Part shown: positions 39,847 to 53,806 of the stretch, piece after piece
How the letters are laid out: every line of letters starts with the position of its first letter
Position numbering within the stretch: position 1 is the first letter of the stretch
Assembly (NCBI RefSeq): GCF_006345805.1
Contig: NC_043003.1
Location: 46,500,001 to 46,564,000 of the forward strand
From: Octopus sinensis
Taxonomy: Eukaryota
DNA: 64,000 bases
Direction of reading: 5' to 3'
Notes under the pieces: model-generated
Database searches by the model: none
What the model saw: only the letters and a program-made list of their open reading frames with translations
What the model was told of the DNA's origin: nothing
Program-made: the position numbers and the translations under genes

Positions 39847-40384
39847 ACAATAATAATAATAATAATAATAATTTCAGAAGAGTTCAATAATCTTAATGTA
39901 CTCCAGCTATTTTTATTAATTTTTCTGTTTTATTATATTGGTAATTTGTTGGTTTTATATTTAATTTTTTTTTTTTTTCAGTTCCTTGCTTCGACTATTT
40001 TGTTTGACGAAGCAACAGCTTGTAACAAAAGCTTCCCTAATATGATTCCTGTACAACTCTTATTATTAACTGTTTGGACACCTACCTTGGGGAAATAAAG
40101 ACTTTGGAGATGATTACTCATTCCATACTTTTGTAGTGTAGTTCTCGTTTTTAATCGAAATGACTCAGAAAGATAGATGTGTTTAGACGAGAATTTAAAA
40201 AGATTCGGTGAAATACTTTCTAAATCCCTCCTCGCGTTTTGAATAGATTCAAATAATACAATTTTATGTTGGTATCTTCAATTTGCATCATGCAACTAAC
40301 GAAACTTTATGTTAAGTTTTTCTCTGGATTTTTTGTTGTATTATTTTTTATTTTGGGTTTTCTTTTATTTTCATAAATAGGTTC

Positions 40385-40550
40385 AGGTGTGGTTGAATGG
40401 TTAAGAAGCTTGCTTCCCAGCCATAGGGTCTTGGGTTCAGTCCCACAGCGTAGTACCTTGGGCAGGTGTCTCCTACTTAACCTTGGGGCCAACCAAAGTG
40501 CCTTGGAAGTAGATTTGGTAGACAGAAATTGAAACAATCCCATCGTATAT
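40385..40550 (+). mobile_element. bipartite SINE 5' part
   Basis: GGTTCAGTCCCACAGCG..GGGCAGGTGTC..GATTTGGTAGAC. Confidence 0.75.
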
Positions 40551-40558
40551 CTATGGAC

Positions 40559-40621
40559 AGATAACCGAAGAGATGGTGTTGTGGATTTCCACTTCTTCAT
40601 CCGAAACTCAGAGTTTTATCT
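40559..40621 (+). ncRNA. type I hammerhead motif, CCGAAGA core variant
   Basis: AGATAA CCGAAGA GATG..CATCC GAA ACTC A GAGT T TTATCT; 6-bp stem I, 4-bp stem III, GUU triplet. Confidence 0.7.
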
Positions 40622-40649
40622 TGGCTATTGAATAATACATATAAACATA

Positions 40650-40696
<47 letters not shown>

Positions 40697-41029
40697 AACT
40701 ATTTATAAATTATTAATAAAATGTATGTGTGTGTATATGTACATGAATGTGTGGGTGTGTTTCTGCTATGTTTGTCCCCCATCACCGCTTGGCAACCAGC
40801 GTTGGTTTGTTTACGTTCCTGTATCTTAGTGGTTCGGCAAAAGAAAGCCGATAGCACAAAATATCAGTGCGAGACACAACCTTAAAAGCCCTGAGATTGT
40901 TGTTAGATATCCCCTACAGAACCGTTATATGGGAGCAAGTTATTTGTATGACATATTGAAATGTTTCTTTTGCGTTTGATATCTACATATGGTAATTAGA
41001 TAACTTTAATAATTATAATACTTTAATTA

Positions 41030-41250
41030 CTCTTATACTTCTTTCAATTATTTGACTGCGGTCCTGCGAGACACTGCCTTGAAGGGGTTTTGTCGAACAA
41101 ATCGACCCCAGGACTTATTTATTTGTAAACCTTGTACATATTATATCGGCATTTTAGCTGAACCGCTAAGTTACGAGGGCGTAGACACACCAACACCGGT
41201 TGTCAAACGGTGATGGGGGGGGAGACAAACACAGACACAAAGACACACAC

Positions 41251-41334
<84 letters not shown>

Positions 41335-41495
41335 GGCAGGTTTTTTCAGTTTACGTGTAGCAAATCCACTCACAAGGTTTTGGTCGACCCAATGCTACAG
41401 CAGAAGACACTTGCCCAAGGTTCCACGCAGTGGGACTGAGCCCGGAACCATATGGTTGGGAAGCAAGCTTCTTACCACACAGAGACGCCTATTTC
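41030..41495 (-). mobile_element. complete bipartite SINE with internal (GATA)n
   Basis: Both family parts present in reverse complement. Confidence 0.85.
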
Positions 41496-41554
41496 ATAAG
41501 TTACAAATTATTATAACAGATTAAATAATACAGCTTTAATTATTGCTTTAATAG

Positions 41555-41745
41555 TTAAGGCAGAGAGCTAACAGGGACATCAGCACGCCGGAAAAAATGC
41601 GTAGCGGCATTTCGTCCGTCTTTATTCTCAGAATTCAAATTCCACCGAGATGGACTTTGCGTTTTATCCTTCCGGGGGCGATAATATAAGTATCAGCCAA
41701 GTACTGGGGTCCATGTAATCGACTTAACTCTTCCGTCAAAAACTA
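41555..41745 (+). mobile_element. SINE (GAATTCAAATTCC family), degenerate
   Basis: Family core. Confidence 0.7.
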
Positions 41746-41859
41746 CTGCGCGGAATATATATTATATATATATATCTATATATATATATTATATAATATA
41801 TATATATTATATAATATAATATAATATTATATTTATAACTTATATAAGTTATATATATA

Positions 41860-42100
41860 TTTATAACTTTTGAAATAGGCGTCTCTGTATGGTAAGAGCT
41901 TGCTTCCCAACCATATGGTTCCGGGTTCAGTCCCACTGCGTGGAACCTTGGGCAAGTGTCTTCTGCTGTAGCATCGGGTCGACCAAACCTTGTGAGATGG
42001 ATTTGTAACAGACACAACTAAAAAAAACCTGCCATGTCTCTATATATCTATCTATCTATCTATATCTATCTATCTATCTATATCTGTGTGTCCTTGTGTC
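41860..42100 (+). repeat. inverted duplicate of 41232-41512
   Basis: Shares diagnostic variants (GAAATAGGCGTCTCTGT, CTGCTGTAGCAT, AAAAAACCTGCCAT) and the mirrored (TATC)n. Confidence 0.8.
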
Positions 42101-42135
42101 ACACACACACACTCACATATATATAATTATATATA

Positions 42136-42167
<32 letters not shown>

Positions 42168-42936
42168 GTGTGTATGTGTGTGGTGTGTGTGTTGTGTGTG
42201 TGTGTGTATAACACTTTTATTTGTTATAATGGCATGATAGTTTTAGTAGTAGTTATAACATATTGCGTCTGGATGAGTAATATTGTAATATCTTGCTGGA
42301 AAATGTATGAGATGTTACTAACGTTCTGTTGATTATATATTTGATTATATATTTGAAAATGTTCCAACATCATTGCATCTCATAGTGTTTCTCTAAATGT
42401 ATAGGACATTTGTGTCGAATCTGAGGAACCCAACTTTATTCTGTGTAGACTTAATGTGTCATCTTGTTTGACACCACTGTGTAATCCTTCAATACCTTTA
42501 TCAGAGAAAAATCTTTGGGCCAGCTTTTCGTTTTGGGGGATAACTTCATTCTAAACCACAGTCACAGACTATAGCGAAGTATGGTGGTAGATGACCCGCT
42601 CTTGTTTGATTAATCCATTAACTATAAAGATTGAGTTTCTAAACGCAAACTTATAAACTTTTTCTCCAATGAATTGTAAGAAATCTTAACCCCCAGCACT
42701 GGAGATTCTGTTTTTAATATAAACTCTCCTCTCGATTAAATAACGGACAGCTTTGCTTCTTAAGTTTTCCTTTCGCTGAAAAAGTTTTGTCCGAAACGCT
42801 AGAATTGTTATATCTCACACCAGATAACACACTTTAGCATTTTTCCTTTTAGTCAATGACATTGTACATAGACACTAGAAGCCAACAAAGGAGAATCTGC
42901 TTGGCTACATGACCAGGTAGGAATAGTAAACAAACA

Positions 42937-43870
42937 GGCGGCGAGATAGCAGAAGCGTTAACACGCCGGGCGAAATGCTTAGCGGTATTTTGTCTGCCGC
43001 TACATTCTGAGTTCAAATTCCGCCGAGGTCGACTTTGCCTTTCATCCTTTCGGGGTCGATTAAATAATATCAAGTTACACACTGGGGGGCGATAATCGAC
43101 TTAATCCGTTTTTGTGTCCTTGTTTGTCACCTCTGTGTTTAGCCCCTTGTGGGTAGTAAAGAAATAGGTATTTCGTCTGTCTTTACGATCTAGTTCAAAT
43201 TTCGCCGAGGTCGACTTTGCCTTCCTTCCTTTAAATACCATTTACGTACTAAGGTCGATATAATCGACTTAATCCTTTTGTAGCTCCTTGTTTGTCCCCT
43301 CTGTGTTTAGCCCCTGTGGGTAGAAAGAAGTAGGTATTTCGTCTGCTGTTACGTTCTGACGTCAAATTCCACCGAGGTCGACTTTGCCTTTCATCCTTTC
43401 GGGGTCGATAAATAAAGTACCAGTTACGCACTGGGGTCGATGTATCGACTTAATCCCTTTGTCTGTCCTTGTTTGTCACCTCTGTGTTTAGCCCCTTGTG
43501 GGTAGTAAAGAAATAGGTATTTCGTCTGTCTTTACGATCTAAGTTCAAATTTCGCCGAGGTCGACTTTGCCTTCCTTCCTTTAAATACCAGTTACGTACT
43601 AAGGTCGATATAATCGACTTAATCCGTTTGTAGCTCCTTGTTTGTCCCCTCTGTGTTTAGCCCCTTGTGGGTAGTAAAGAAGTAGGTATTTCGTCTGCTG
43701 TTACGTTCTGACTTCAAATTCCACCGAGGTCGACTTTGCCTTTCATCCTTTCGGGGTCGATAAATAAAGTACCAGTTACGCACTGGGGTCGATGTAATCG
43801 ACTTAATCCCTTTGTCTGTCCTTGTTTGTTTCGTCTATGTTTAGCCCCTTGTGGGCAATAAAGAAATAAG
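42937..43870 (+). mobile_element. SINE tandem array of five ~170-180 bp units with dimeric higher-order structure
   Basis: B-box-like motifs at ~43010, 43190, 43359, 43541 and 43710. Confidence 0.9.
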
Positions 43871-44314
43871 AAATAAGGAAACAAACATACCTCAATTCAT
43901 ATCCTACCATCTTTATAAATAGATAATGTAGCGCTAGAGTCTCCAGCAAAAAAAAAAAAAAGATACGGATGGGCACGGTGGGATACGATTTTTACAGCGA
44001 CTCGATTTTCTTTGAGTTGACGGGAAGGAAGTAAGCAACAAAAACTACATCAGCTACAATCTCTAATCTAAAAGATTGTAGCTCCAAAACATAAGTTAAC
44101 AACAACAATATCAACATCAACAACAACATCAACAACAACGGCAATAACAACAAAAACAACAACAGCAGTGTGTACAGCATTAACAAACGTTAATTCGCTG
44201 ACAATTGTGGTTTATTTCTCTTATCCCTCAGCAAATATGGAATTTTAATTGGTGGACTGGCAGATACAGACACACAGACATGCATACCACATATATGTAT
44301 GTATGAACGTGTAT

Positions 44315-44377
<63 letters not shown>

Positions 44378-44489
44378 TTTTTAAACACCCACATATGCAT
44401 AGTATACTAACACAAATAATTACAAATATGTTTATAATGTTTATACACAATGTACAGGAAACATTCGCACATATACGTGTAAATAATAT

Positions 44490-44869
44490 ATAGGCGAAGG
44501 AGTGGCTGTGTAGTAAGAAGTTTGCTTACCAACCACATGGTCCTGGGTTCAGTCCCACGGCGTAGCACCTTGAGCAAGTGTCTTCTTCTATAGCGTCGCG
44601 CCGACCAAATTATTGTGAATGGATTTGGTAGACGAAAACTGAAGGAAGCCCATCGTATATGTATGTGTGTGTTTGTGTTTGTCACGCCACCACCAACAAC
44701 GCTTGGCAACCGATGCTGGTGTGTTTACGTCCCCGTGATTTAGCAGTTCGGCAAAAGACACCGATAGAACAAGTACTACTAGCTTACAAAGAATAAAGGC
44801 TGGGGTCGATTTGCTCGACTAAAGGCGGTGCTCCAGCATGGCCACAGTCAAATGACTGAAACAGTAAAT

Positions 44870-44870
<1 letters not shown>
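44490..44870 (+). mobile_element. complete bipartite SINE
   Basis: GGCGAAGGAGTGGCTGTGTAG..GGCGGTGCTCCAGCATGGCC..GACTGAAAC. Confidence 0.85.
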
Positions 44871-44949
<79 letters not shown>

Positions 44950-45474
44950 TATATATATATATATACTATATATATACTATATATATATAACTTAAAAGTA
45001 CAAAGTGAGATAGGGGTTATGAGTGTAACCACTATGGGATATCATTTATCCAATATACTGCCAGTAAAGTACCCAGAAAGGCTAATACATAAATGCTAAG
45101 AATTGCAATGCAATTAATTCATTTATTGTATTATATGAGCGAATTGAAAGAAATCTACTCCTCCATTTTCTTATTATATATATATATATATATATATAGT
45201 TGACGCATAACGTAAACATACGCATATATACACTCATACAAATATGTATTTAGACCTATACACCTATGCATACGCACAAATTGTATATATCCCCACATAG
45301 GTATTTCGACATATGTATCCACCTACATACAGATAAATACCTGTGTATATACATATGTACATACATACATTTTTATATGCGCGTATGCATAAATATATAC
45401 GAATGATTGAATTCATGTATGTATGTATGTATGTATGTATGTATGTATGAATGTATCTATGTTACATGTATGTA

Positions 45475-45528
<54 letters not shown>

Positions 45529-45984
45529 GCACACAGGCAAAAACGCAAGAAACATATAATTCTTGCACACGTAATCATATGTGTGTAAACACAAAAATAT
45601 ATAAACCTAAAGGAGTGTCTGCATTAACCCTTATAAGGAGAAGATGACACACACACACTGACAATTACATAAAACACATATACATACACATATACTATAC
45701 ATTGCCACTTCACATCACACGGATATATAAATACAACGTTAATACGTATACGCATGCGTAAGCTCACATATATCTCTAGCGCCCATGAACGTTTTTTAAG
45801 ACAGATGATAGTATCTTTACATAAATGCAAGGACGTATTCTGACATATGCACACACGTAATTAAATTATTATATCATATTTTTATACACAAGTATATATT
45901 AATGCGCATGCGTAACCAGATTAATAGTGAAACCGACACAATCACATAATCTCACTTATATAAGTATATATAATATATACACAG

Positions 45985-46485
45985 AGGCACAGGAGTGACT
46001 GTGTGGTAAGAAGCTTACTTGCGAGCTGGAGGCGAGCTGGCAGAAACGTTAGCAAGTCGGGCGAAATGCTCAGCGGTATTTCGTTTGCCGTTACGTTCTG
46101 AGTTCAAATTCCGCCGAGGTCAACTTTGCCTTTCATCCTTTTGGGGGTCGATTAAATAAGTACCAGTTACGCACTGGGGTCGATATAATCGACTTCATCC
46201 GTTTGTCTGTCCTTGTTTGTCTCCTCTGTGTTTAGCCCCTTGTGGGTAGTAAAGAAATATATATTTCGTCTGCCGCTACGTTCTGAGTTCAAATTCCGCT
46301 GGACAAAATTCTTAGCGGCGTTTATCCGTTTTTACGTTCTGAGTTCAAATATCACCGGGGTCGACTTTTTCTTTCATCCTTTGGGGATCGATTAAAAAGA
46401 AAATCAGTTGAGCACTGGGGCGTTTATATATTCGACTTGCTCCTTCCCACGAAATTTCTGGCCTTGTGCCAAAATTTGAAACCAA
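45985..46485 (+). mobile_element. bipartite-SINE head interrupted by a tandem-unit SINE
   Basis: GGCACAGGAGTGACTGTGTGGTAAGAAGC joined to GCGAGCTGGCAGAAACGTTAGC.. Confidence 0.8.
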
Positions 46486-46854
46486 TATCTACATCATTCA
46501 ATAAGTGTCTATCACGATGACTGTTAGCTTGTATTTCATCATATCTCTTCTCATTGAGTTTGAGGTGGGATTATATAATAACAAAGACGATCTTTTGCAC
46601 GTTTAAAAAATGATTAGTTATTGATATGGTGTTGAATTAAGAGTAGCAAAATGAGAATCTCACACATTTTCTTGATAAATCTATTTGTCGATTGGTATAA
46701 AATTACCGTATACAAGATGCACAGTATTAGTGATAGTACACATTCTCATGCGAAATCGTGCGTAAATTGCATGCATATATTCATGCTGTGAGTTCACTTT
46801 TCTTATATATATATATATTTATTTATTTATGTAGGTATGTATGTTTATGTATGT

Positions 46855-47187
46855 GTATATGGCTCAGTGGTTAGAGCGCCGAGCTTACGATCGTGAGGTT
46901 GTGAGTTCGAATCCCGGACCGGGCTGCGTGTTGTGTTCTTGAGCAAAGCACTTTATTTCACGTTGCTCCAGTTCACTCAGCTGTAGAAATGAGTTGCGAC
47001 GTCACGGGTGCCAAGCTGTATCGACCTTTGTCTTTCCCTTGGATAACACTGGTGGTGTGGAGAGGGGAGGCCGGTATGCATGGGCGACTACTGGTCTTCC
47101 ATAAAAACAACCTTGCCCAGACTTGTGCCTCAGAGGGTAACTCTCTAGGTGCAAACCCATGGTCACTCATGACCGAAGGGGGTCTTA
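46855..47187 (+). mobile_element. full-length tRNA(Arg)-like SINE
   Basis: TGGCTCAGTGG A-box, GAGTTCGAATCC B-box, ACG in the anticodon position, ~330 bp body. Confidence 0.85.
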
Positions 47188-47554
47188 AAATATACACAAG
47201 CGCATATACAATCACAAACATCCAAAAATCGAGAATTCACGATACACAGAACAAGCGCACGTATGCGAATAGACATACACATACATAAATATGCGCACAG
47301 ATACATATATACACATATGCACAGGCATGCATACATATATAAATATATATATATATACATATATATACATACATATATATAGATAGATAGATAGATAGAT
47401 ACATACATCCATACATACATACATACATACATACATACTTACATACATACATATATACACGTGTACTTGTATACATCCATGCTGCATACATATGTACACA
47501 GACACATGCGGGTATATATATATGTGTGTATACATACATACAACAAACATACAT

Positions 47555-47611
<57 letters not shown>

Positions 47612-47697
47612 TTTCTAAATATTCACATATAAAATTTCAAAATGTTGTGTATGTGGCCCTATACATCACTCATTCACATACACACACACACACGCAC

Positions 47698-47732
<35 letters not shown>

Positions 47733-48302
47733 AACACACACGTACATGCACGCATTAACACACACATTTGCATAAACATACGTTAGAAGAAGAAGGCCAC
47801 ACTTGGATTCTTCTAAATATGCATAAATTTAAAATATATATCATAATAGGAATAAAAAGGTATGTCCATATACACCCCTAAACACATACATGCACACACT
47901 GCAACCGTGTACACGCCGCGTGTACATGCTAACAGATGTAGAGCTAAGCATACATAGGAAGAAATCGCGTTGGAACGATGCATACTTACATTGACACATA
48001 GAGATAACTATACAACGGTGTGTACATGCATATGTTCTTTGGTATTCATTCATATGAGAACATCTATTTCTCTTTGTGTATGCGTTCGCATGCCCGCATA
48101 TGTATTTTGTGTATTTGAGGTTGTCAGCGTTTGTGTGTGTGTGTTTATGTGTGTGTGTGTGTATTTACGTTGTTGTATGTATTTCTGTGCGTGTGTGTGT
48201 ATTTCTGCGCGTGTATGTATATTTACGTGCGTGTGTCTTGATTCGAATACAAGAATCTTTAAATAATAGCGATACTTTTAAAATTGCTAATGTTACTTGT
48301 AG

Positions 48303-48347
48303 TTGGATGTAAAGTGCCAATTCTGAAGAATTATTCTGCCAAAGAAG
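48303..48347 (+). CDS. candidate internal micro-exon (phase 1-1)
   Basis: TTACTTGTAG acceptor, AAG|GTAAGT donor; GCKVPILKNYSAKE. Confidence 0.4.
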
Positions 48348-48583
48348 GTAAGTGATTCTATTGAGAGACTCATGCAAAGTAATTATTAACAGATGTGAAG
48401 TGAAGTGTCTCTCTTGTGAGACGAAAAAGACGTTTATTTTTTTCCTTCTTCTGAAATCCATTATCCAAGAATTACTCTTTTATTAAGGGTCTTGTTAATG
48501 GCGTCGGCACTAGAAAGCCAACATCCATTTCTGTTCAATAGAAGTAAAACGTTCTACTTTCACATTTCTTCCAATTTCTAAAG

Positions 48584-48701
48584 ATCTGTTGTTCTGTAAG
48601 AACGGCGACGTAAGAAAAGCCGCTTTTGGATGCCAGTTTTACCAAGTTATGTCCTCTGTGTACGCTGTACATTTGGTCAGAGCTTCTCTGTCAGATATCC
48701 G
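48584..48701 (+). CDS. candidate exon (phase 1-2)
   Basis: Polypyrimidine + AAG acceptor, CCG|GTGAGA donor; only the phase-1 frame is open: LLFCKNGDVRKAAFGCQFYQVMSSVYAVHLVRASLSDI. Confidence 0.3.
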
Positions 48702-48830
48702 GTGAGAGTGGCACTTCCTTTTCTCTGCAAATTTTAAACATACTGGATTGTTAATTCTCACACTTATTTATGGATTAAAATTGCAAATCCTTGTGTTGAA
48801 CATTCTTTTATTCTTTTATACTTTTACTAG

Positions 48831-48895
48831 TTTCAGTCAATGTCGGAGCCATTCTGACGCATCACGATCAATGCTGCTACAGTCTTCAGTCTCCG
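48831..48895 (+). CDS. candidate exon (phase 2-1)
   Basis: TTTTATACTTTTACTAG acceptor, CCG|GTAAGA donor; FSQCRSHSDASRSMLLQSSVS. Confidence 0.35.
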
Positions 48896-49902
48896 GTAAG
48901 AAATTGTTGAATGAGGAAATTTGTTTCAGTTGTTTCCATACGTGTCTCGTGTTGTGATGTAAGTTTACGAGAACCTACTCAGTAGAATATTCAAATGTTG
49001 CTGAAATGTATAGACATTAACTACTTGTAGATCCCTGATATTCTTCAACAGGATCTTATCTCCTCTCTTACACTCTCTTTCTCACTTTCTCTGCTTTTTC
49101 CCCACTACTATAATGGCTGAGATCATACCTTTTCTTTTACATCCCTCTTCATTACTTTCGCTGTGTCCTATCCACACTCGTCCAATACCAATCACTATTT
49201 TTACTACCTTCGGGCTTCTGGAATGTCCTCCCAGTTCATAGCTTTCCTGCAGGTATTGACTGACAAAGAGGAGTATAATAGCATTGTGAGTATTATTCCA
49301 TGCCACTTCAAAATCATTTATTAAAAGATGAAACAACTAAAATCTTAATTTTGAATGGAGAGTGTGAGAGTCTAAACACATTTTAAATAGATGAAAATAA
49401 AAAGATATTCCGCAATAGATTTTAATATTTGATTTTAATTAGTATTTGAAATATATTTCCTATCGCCACCATTCAACTCAAGAATGGTGACGATAGAATC
49501 AATACTAACATGGTACCTTGAGGACATTGGTGATTCAGAAGAGAAGAGACGAATTAATGGTTAGTTAGCTACACCACAAACACTATATCTGTACTTTCTC
49601 ATGTATATATATATCCGTCTGTACATGTTTCAATGTGAGTTGGGGCTCTTCTACTTGTTCTTAATTAAACATAAGTCAGCCCTTACTAATTACACCTACA
49701 ATCAAAGGCTGTTCATCAAGACATTCTCTCAGACATTGCATATCTAGGGTTACACTATCTAATGTAACCCTTAGATTTCGAAACAGTAGGGTGTATTTTA
49801 TAAAGATATCTGGTTTCCTATTTCTAGCAACTCAGGCAATTACATAGTATGCGACATTTTCGTGTGCTTGAGTATATAGAACAGGCAGTTTATATACATA
49901 CA

Positions 49903-49933
<31 letters not shown>

Positions 49934-49967
49934 TACACCCATATACACGCACATTACATACACATAA

Positions 49968-50053
<86 letters not shown>

Positions 50054-50369
50054 AATTGAATATCTTACCATGAATATACTGTAAGCTATGATACTGCGGT
50101 ATACACCTTGGAAAGCAAGTCATATACACGTATAGTGCAAAATAGCCCTTGCTACCGATGACGCGCAAATGCATAGAAATCCTAGAATCTCGCTATTCCA
50201 CATTTGCTGCTGGAAACTTTGTATCTACCAATGATATATCTGCGCTTTTTTAGCAATGTACGACTATACGGGATGTCTTCTTAAGACGAATACAGTAGTA
50301 TTGAAGATTTCTTACAGTATATCAACGTCAAGTATTATATGTTTTTTCGTAATATTTCCTTCTCGGGAC

Positions 50370-50525
50370 ATGCCAGGATCATGAGGGTCGGTTTCCTGGT
50401 GTGTGTCGCAGGATACTCATTTTTGCTAGCTGAGTGGTCACCCGGTCTAGGGATCGAAACCACAATCTTACTATCTTGAGTCCAACACTCCAACCACTAA
50501 GCCATGCGCCTCCACTATTCTTCAC
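50370..50525 (-). mobile_element. internally deleted tRNA-derived SINE
   Basis: Reverse complement TGGCTTAGTGG..GTTTCGATCC..ACTCAGCTAGCAAAAATGAG. Confidence 0.7.
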
Positions 50526-51014
50526 AGATTGTCATTCAGAACTAATACTGCTTCTGTTGCTAAATAACAAATATGCATACATACATACATGCATACATAC
50601 ATACATGCATGTATATGTATATATATACATATACATAAACATATATATATATATACACACATACATACATACATACATACATACATGCATACATACATAC
50701 ACACATACATACATATGTATGTGTGTTAATTGCATATGCATAAATGTATATATATATATATGTATATATGCGTTTATACGTCTGAATGTACATATATATA
50801 ATATATATACACATATATATACTATATATATACATATAAACATATATATATATATGTGTGTGTGTATATGTATATATGTATATATGTATATATATATAGT
50901 GTATGAAAGGATGTATGCACACACATATATATATATGAGTGTAAATATATGACTACATGCAGTGTATATGTGCGTATTTTGTGCATGTGTTTGTGTGTGT
51001 GTGTATGTGTGTGT

Positions 51015-51055
<41 letters not shown>

Positions 51056-51541
51056 TGTGTGTGGTGTGTGTATGAGTGCGGCTATATGTATACTGATACA
51101 TGTACTCACACACACCTAGTATATCCAAATGTAATGTTCAGGAAATATTTATCTCAGTGGTAAACACAGAGCTGTCTGTATACGAGTTGTCTACTTAAGG
51201 TGTACTAAACTGGTTGCAACTGATTTCCATATGAAATGAATGTCAACGTTCCAAGTGTTATTTTTCTCAACATTTTGATCTTTATGTACATTTATCATTT
51301 GTCAGAAATCAGTAGGATGTATCTATAGACGAACACACGCGCACACAGAAAAATACACGAATATACAAACACCAGCTTGCACACATACACGCAGTTTCAT
51401 AAGCCCACATTCACACATTCCCATACATACATACATATTTCCCAATATTCGCTCCTTCTGTCAAAACACACACAGGCACTCACAGACAAACAGGCAGACA
51501 GACAGGCAGACAGGCAGACAATCAGACAGACAGATAGATAA

Positions 51542-51607
<66 letters not shown>

Positions 51608-51660
51608 GGATGGATGGATGGATGGATGGATGGATGGATGGATGGATGGATGGATGGATG

Positions 51661-51707
<47 letters not shown>

Positions 51708-52117
51708 GACAAATATATATACACATATATATTATATATATTAAACATATATGAATATATATGTATGTATGTATGTCACTGTGCGTGGTGTGTGTGTGTG
51801 TGTGTTTGTGTGAGTATTTGTGTGTGTGTCTGTGTGTGTGTATACATATATAGATATAGATATAGATGTGGATATATAGATTTAATAGATATACATATAT
51901 ATTAGTATATACATATATGGATGTATCTATGTATGTAATCATACACATCTACCTTATGGATTTGAACATACGCACATACACCCACATTTATACGTATATA
52001 GTATATAATGCATACACACACACACATATATATAATATATATATATATACTACTCATATATAAGTGTGCGTGTGTACGTATATACATATATGTGCGTTTG
52101 TGTTTGTGTTTTATACA

Positions 52118-52149
<32 letters not shown>

Positions 52150-52150
52150 C

Positions 52151-52190
<40 letters not shown>

Positions 52191-52304
52191 TATATATAAT
52201 GTATGTATATACGCGGTCACACAAGCACAGAAACCTATGTATGTGTGAGTGTGCGTGTGTGTGTGTGTGTGTGAGTGTGGTGTGTGTGTGTGTGTGTGTG
52301 TGTG

Positions 52305-52351
<47 letters not shown>

Positions 52352-52468
52352 TGAGTGATGCATTATGATGCATACAGAAAAATAAAGGAGAGGCTTCACA
52401 TATTATGTCGTATATTATTAACAATAATGATATTGTTATCCGAGATTTTCTTCCTTGAATATTTGTAG

Positions 52469-52552
52469 GTGATAATGAGGTGGGTGAGGGTGGCAGGGAG
52501 AGTGATGACGATAGATATGAAGACAATCCTAATAGTGATTCTGATGCTGATG
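52469..52552 (+). CDS. candidate acidic exon (phase 1-1, or terminal with TAA at 52555-57)
   Basis: TTCCTTGAATATTTGTAG acceptor; GDNEVGEGGRESDDDRYEDNPNSDSDAD; 84 nt. Confidence 0.35.
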
Positions 52553-52868
52553 GTTAATTTTGGCGTGCCATTTCCGTTTTGTAATCATAGGCGTTTAATG
52601 ATGATATAGCTTGCAGCAGTTTCCCGCCCAAACAACCGCCAAACCACGCGCTCCAAAAACAAATTCCGTGCATTTTAAATAAACATACGTTAATACAATC
52701 ACTAAATCGTTGTTATTTCGACATCAAACAGAAAACGAAGCGATTGTCTGGCTAGCAATAATTGCTAAATCATAAATGATTAAATGTCTTCACGAAATGC
52801 TTGAATAATAATAACAATAAAAACAATAATAATAATAATAATAATAATAACAATAATAATGATGATGA

Positions 52869-52942
<74 letters not shown>

Positions 52943-53737
52943 TAATAATAATAATAATGTTGGATCAAAACATTAGAAGCGTTCAAAATGGGTTTCGTGT
53001 GTCGAAATGTCAAACTGATGAAATATTCCATAAGCACTTTATGGAAAAATGATGTACTGTGACCTATAGAATGATTTGATGATGGCGCCAGTTCTCAAGT
53101 TGGCACCGGGACATGATTTCTAGTCATGAATTCTTGAAGGCCACAGAGTGCTGGGTTCGTATCACAAGCTGAGAAATAGGAACACACACACACACATGTA
53201 TATATACATATATACGTGTATGTGCATATATGTGTGTATGTGTGAGCATACATTTGTGTGTGCGTGCATATATATGTGTGTGCGTGCATATATATGTGTG
53301 TGCGTGTATATGTATATGAGTTTGTGCGTGTGTGTATGTATGTTGTGTATATCTGTGCGCGTGTGTGTTTAGTTACGTTATATTCTATTAAGGACGCAGT
53401 AGAGTACAGTATAAAGCTTGCATACCTTCAAATTTCACCCGATGTCCAGTATTAGTATTATAACTACTGCCAGTTTTGCGTTTGGGCCTCTGTAGTGTGT
53501 GAAAAGGTAATTGAATAAGTTGGAATCAACAGGAAGGATTAGTGTTGGACATTTAATTGCAATCAGTACAATTAGTTCTCTGGCGTGCAGGTATTTGGTT
53601 ATGCAACTGTTTCCGTGCATTATGTGCTCTAGATGTGTTTCCTCAGGCGATATATAGATATTGTCTCCGTAAACTCAACTTATTCAATATATATATCTAT
53701 ATTTATATCTATCTATCTATGTATCTATATATATCTT

Positions 53738-53806
<69 letters not shown>

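Noticed and set aside
42937-43870. CRISPR-like repeat-spacer array
   Set aside because: Whole ~175-bp units are repeated SINE bodies with no unique spacers, and the context is eukaryotic with no cas genes
46861-46925. tRNA genes here and at 26355 and 55850
   Set aside because: A/B boxes are present but acceptor stems are poor and each continues into a repeat body; these are SINE-type heads
48835-48975. Minus-strand peptide resembling a LINE EN-RT linker (HNTRHVWKQLKQI..)
   Set aside because: Resemblance is weak and no RT motifs follow; it conflicts with the plus-strand exon reading and is unresolved
53003-53050. CTGATGA followed by a hairpin and GAAA
   Set aside because: Stem II is displaced from the core and there is no stem III or cleavage triplet; likely chance
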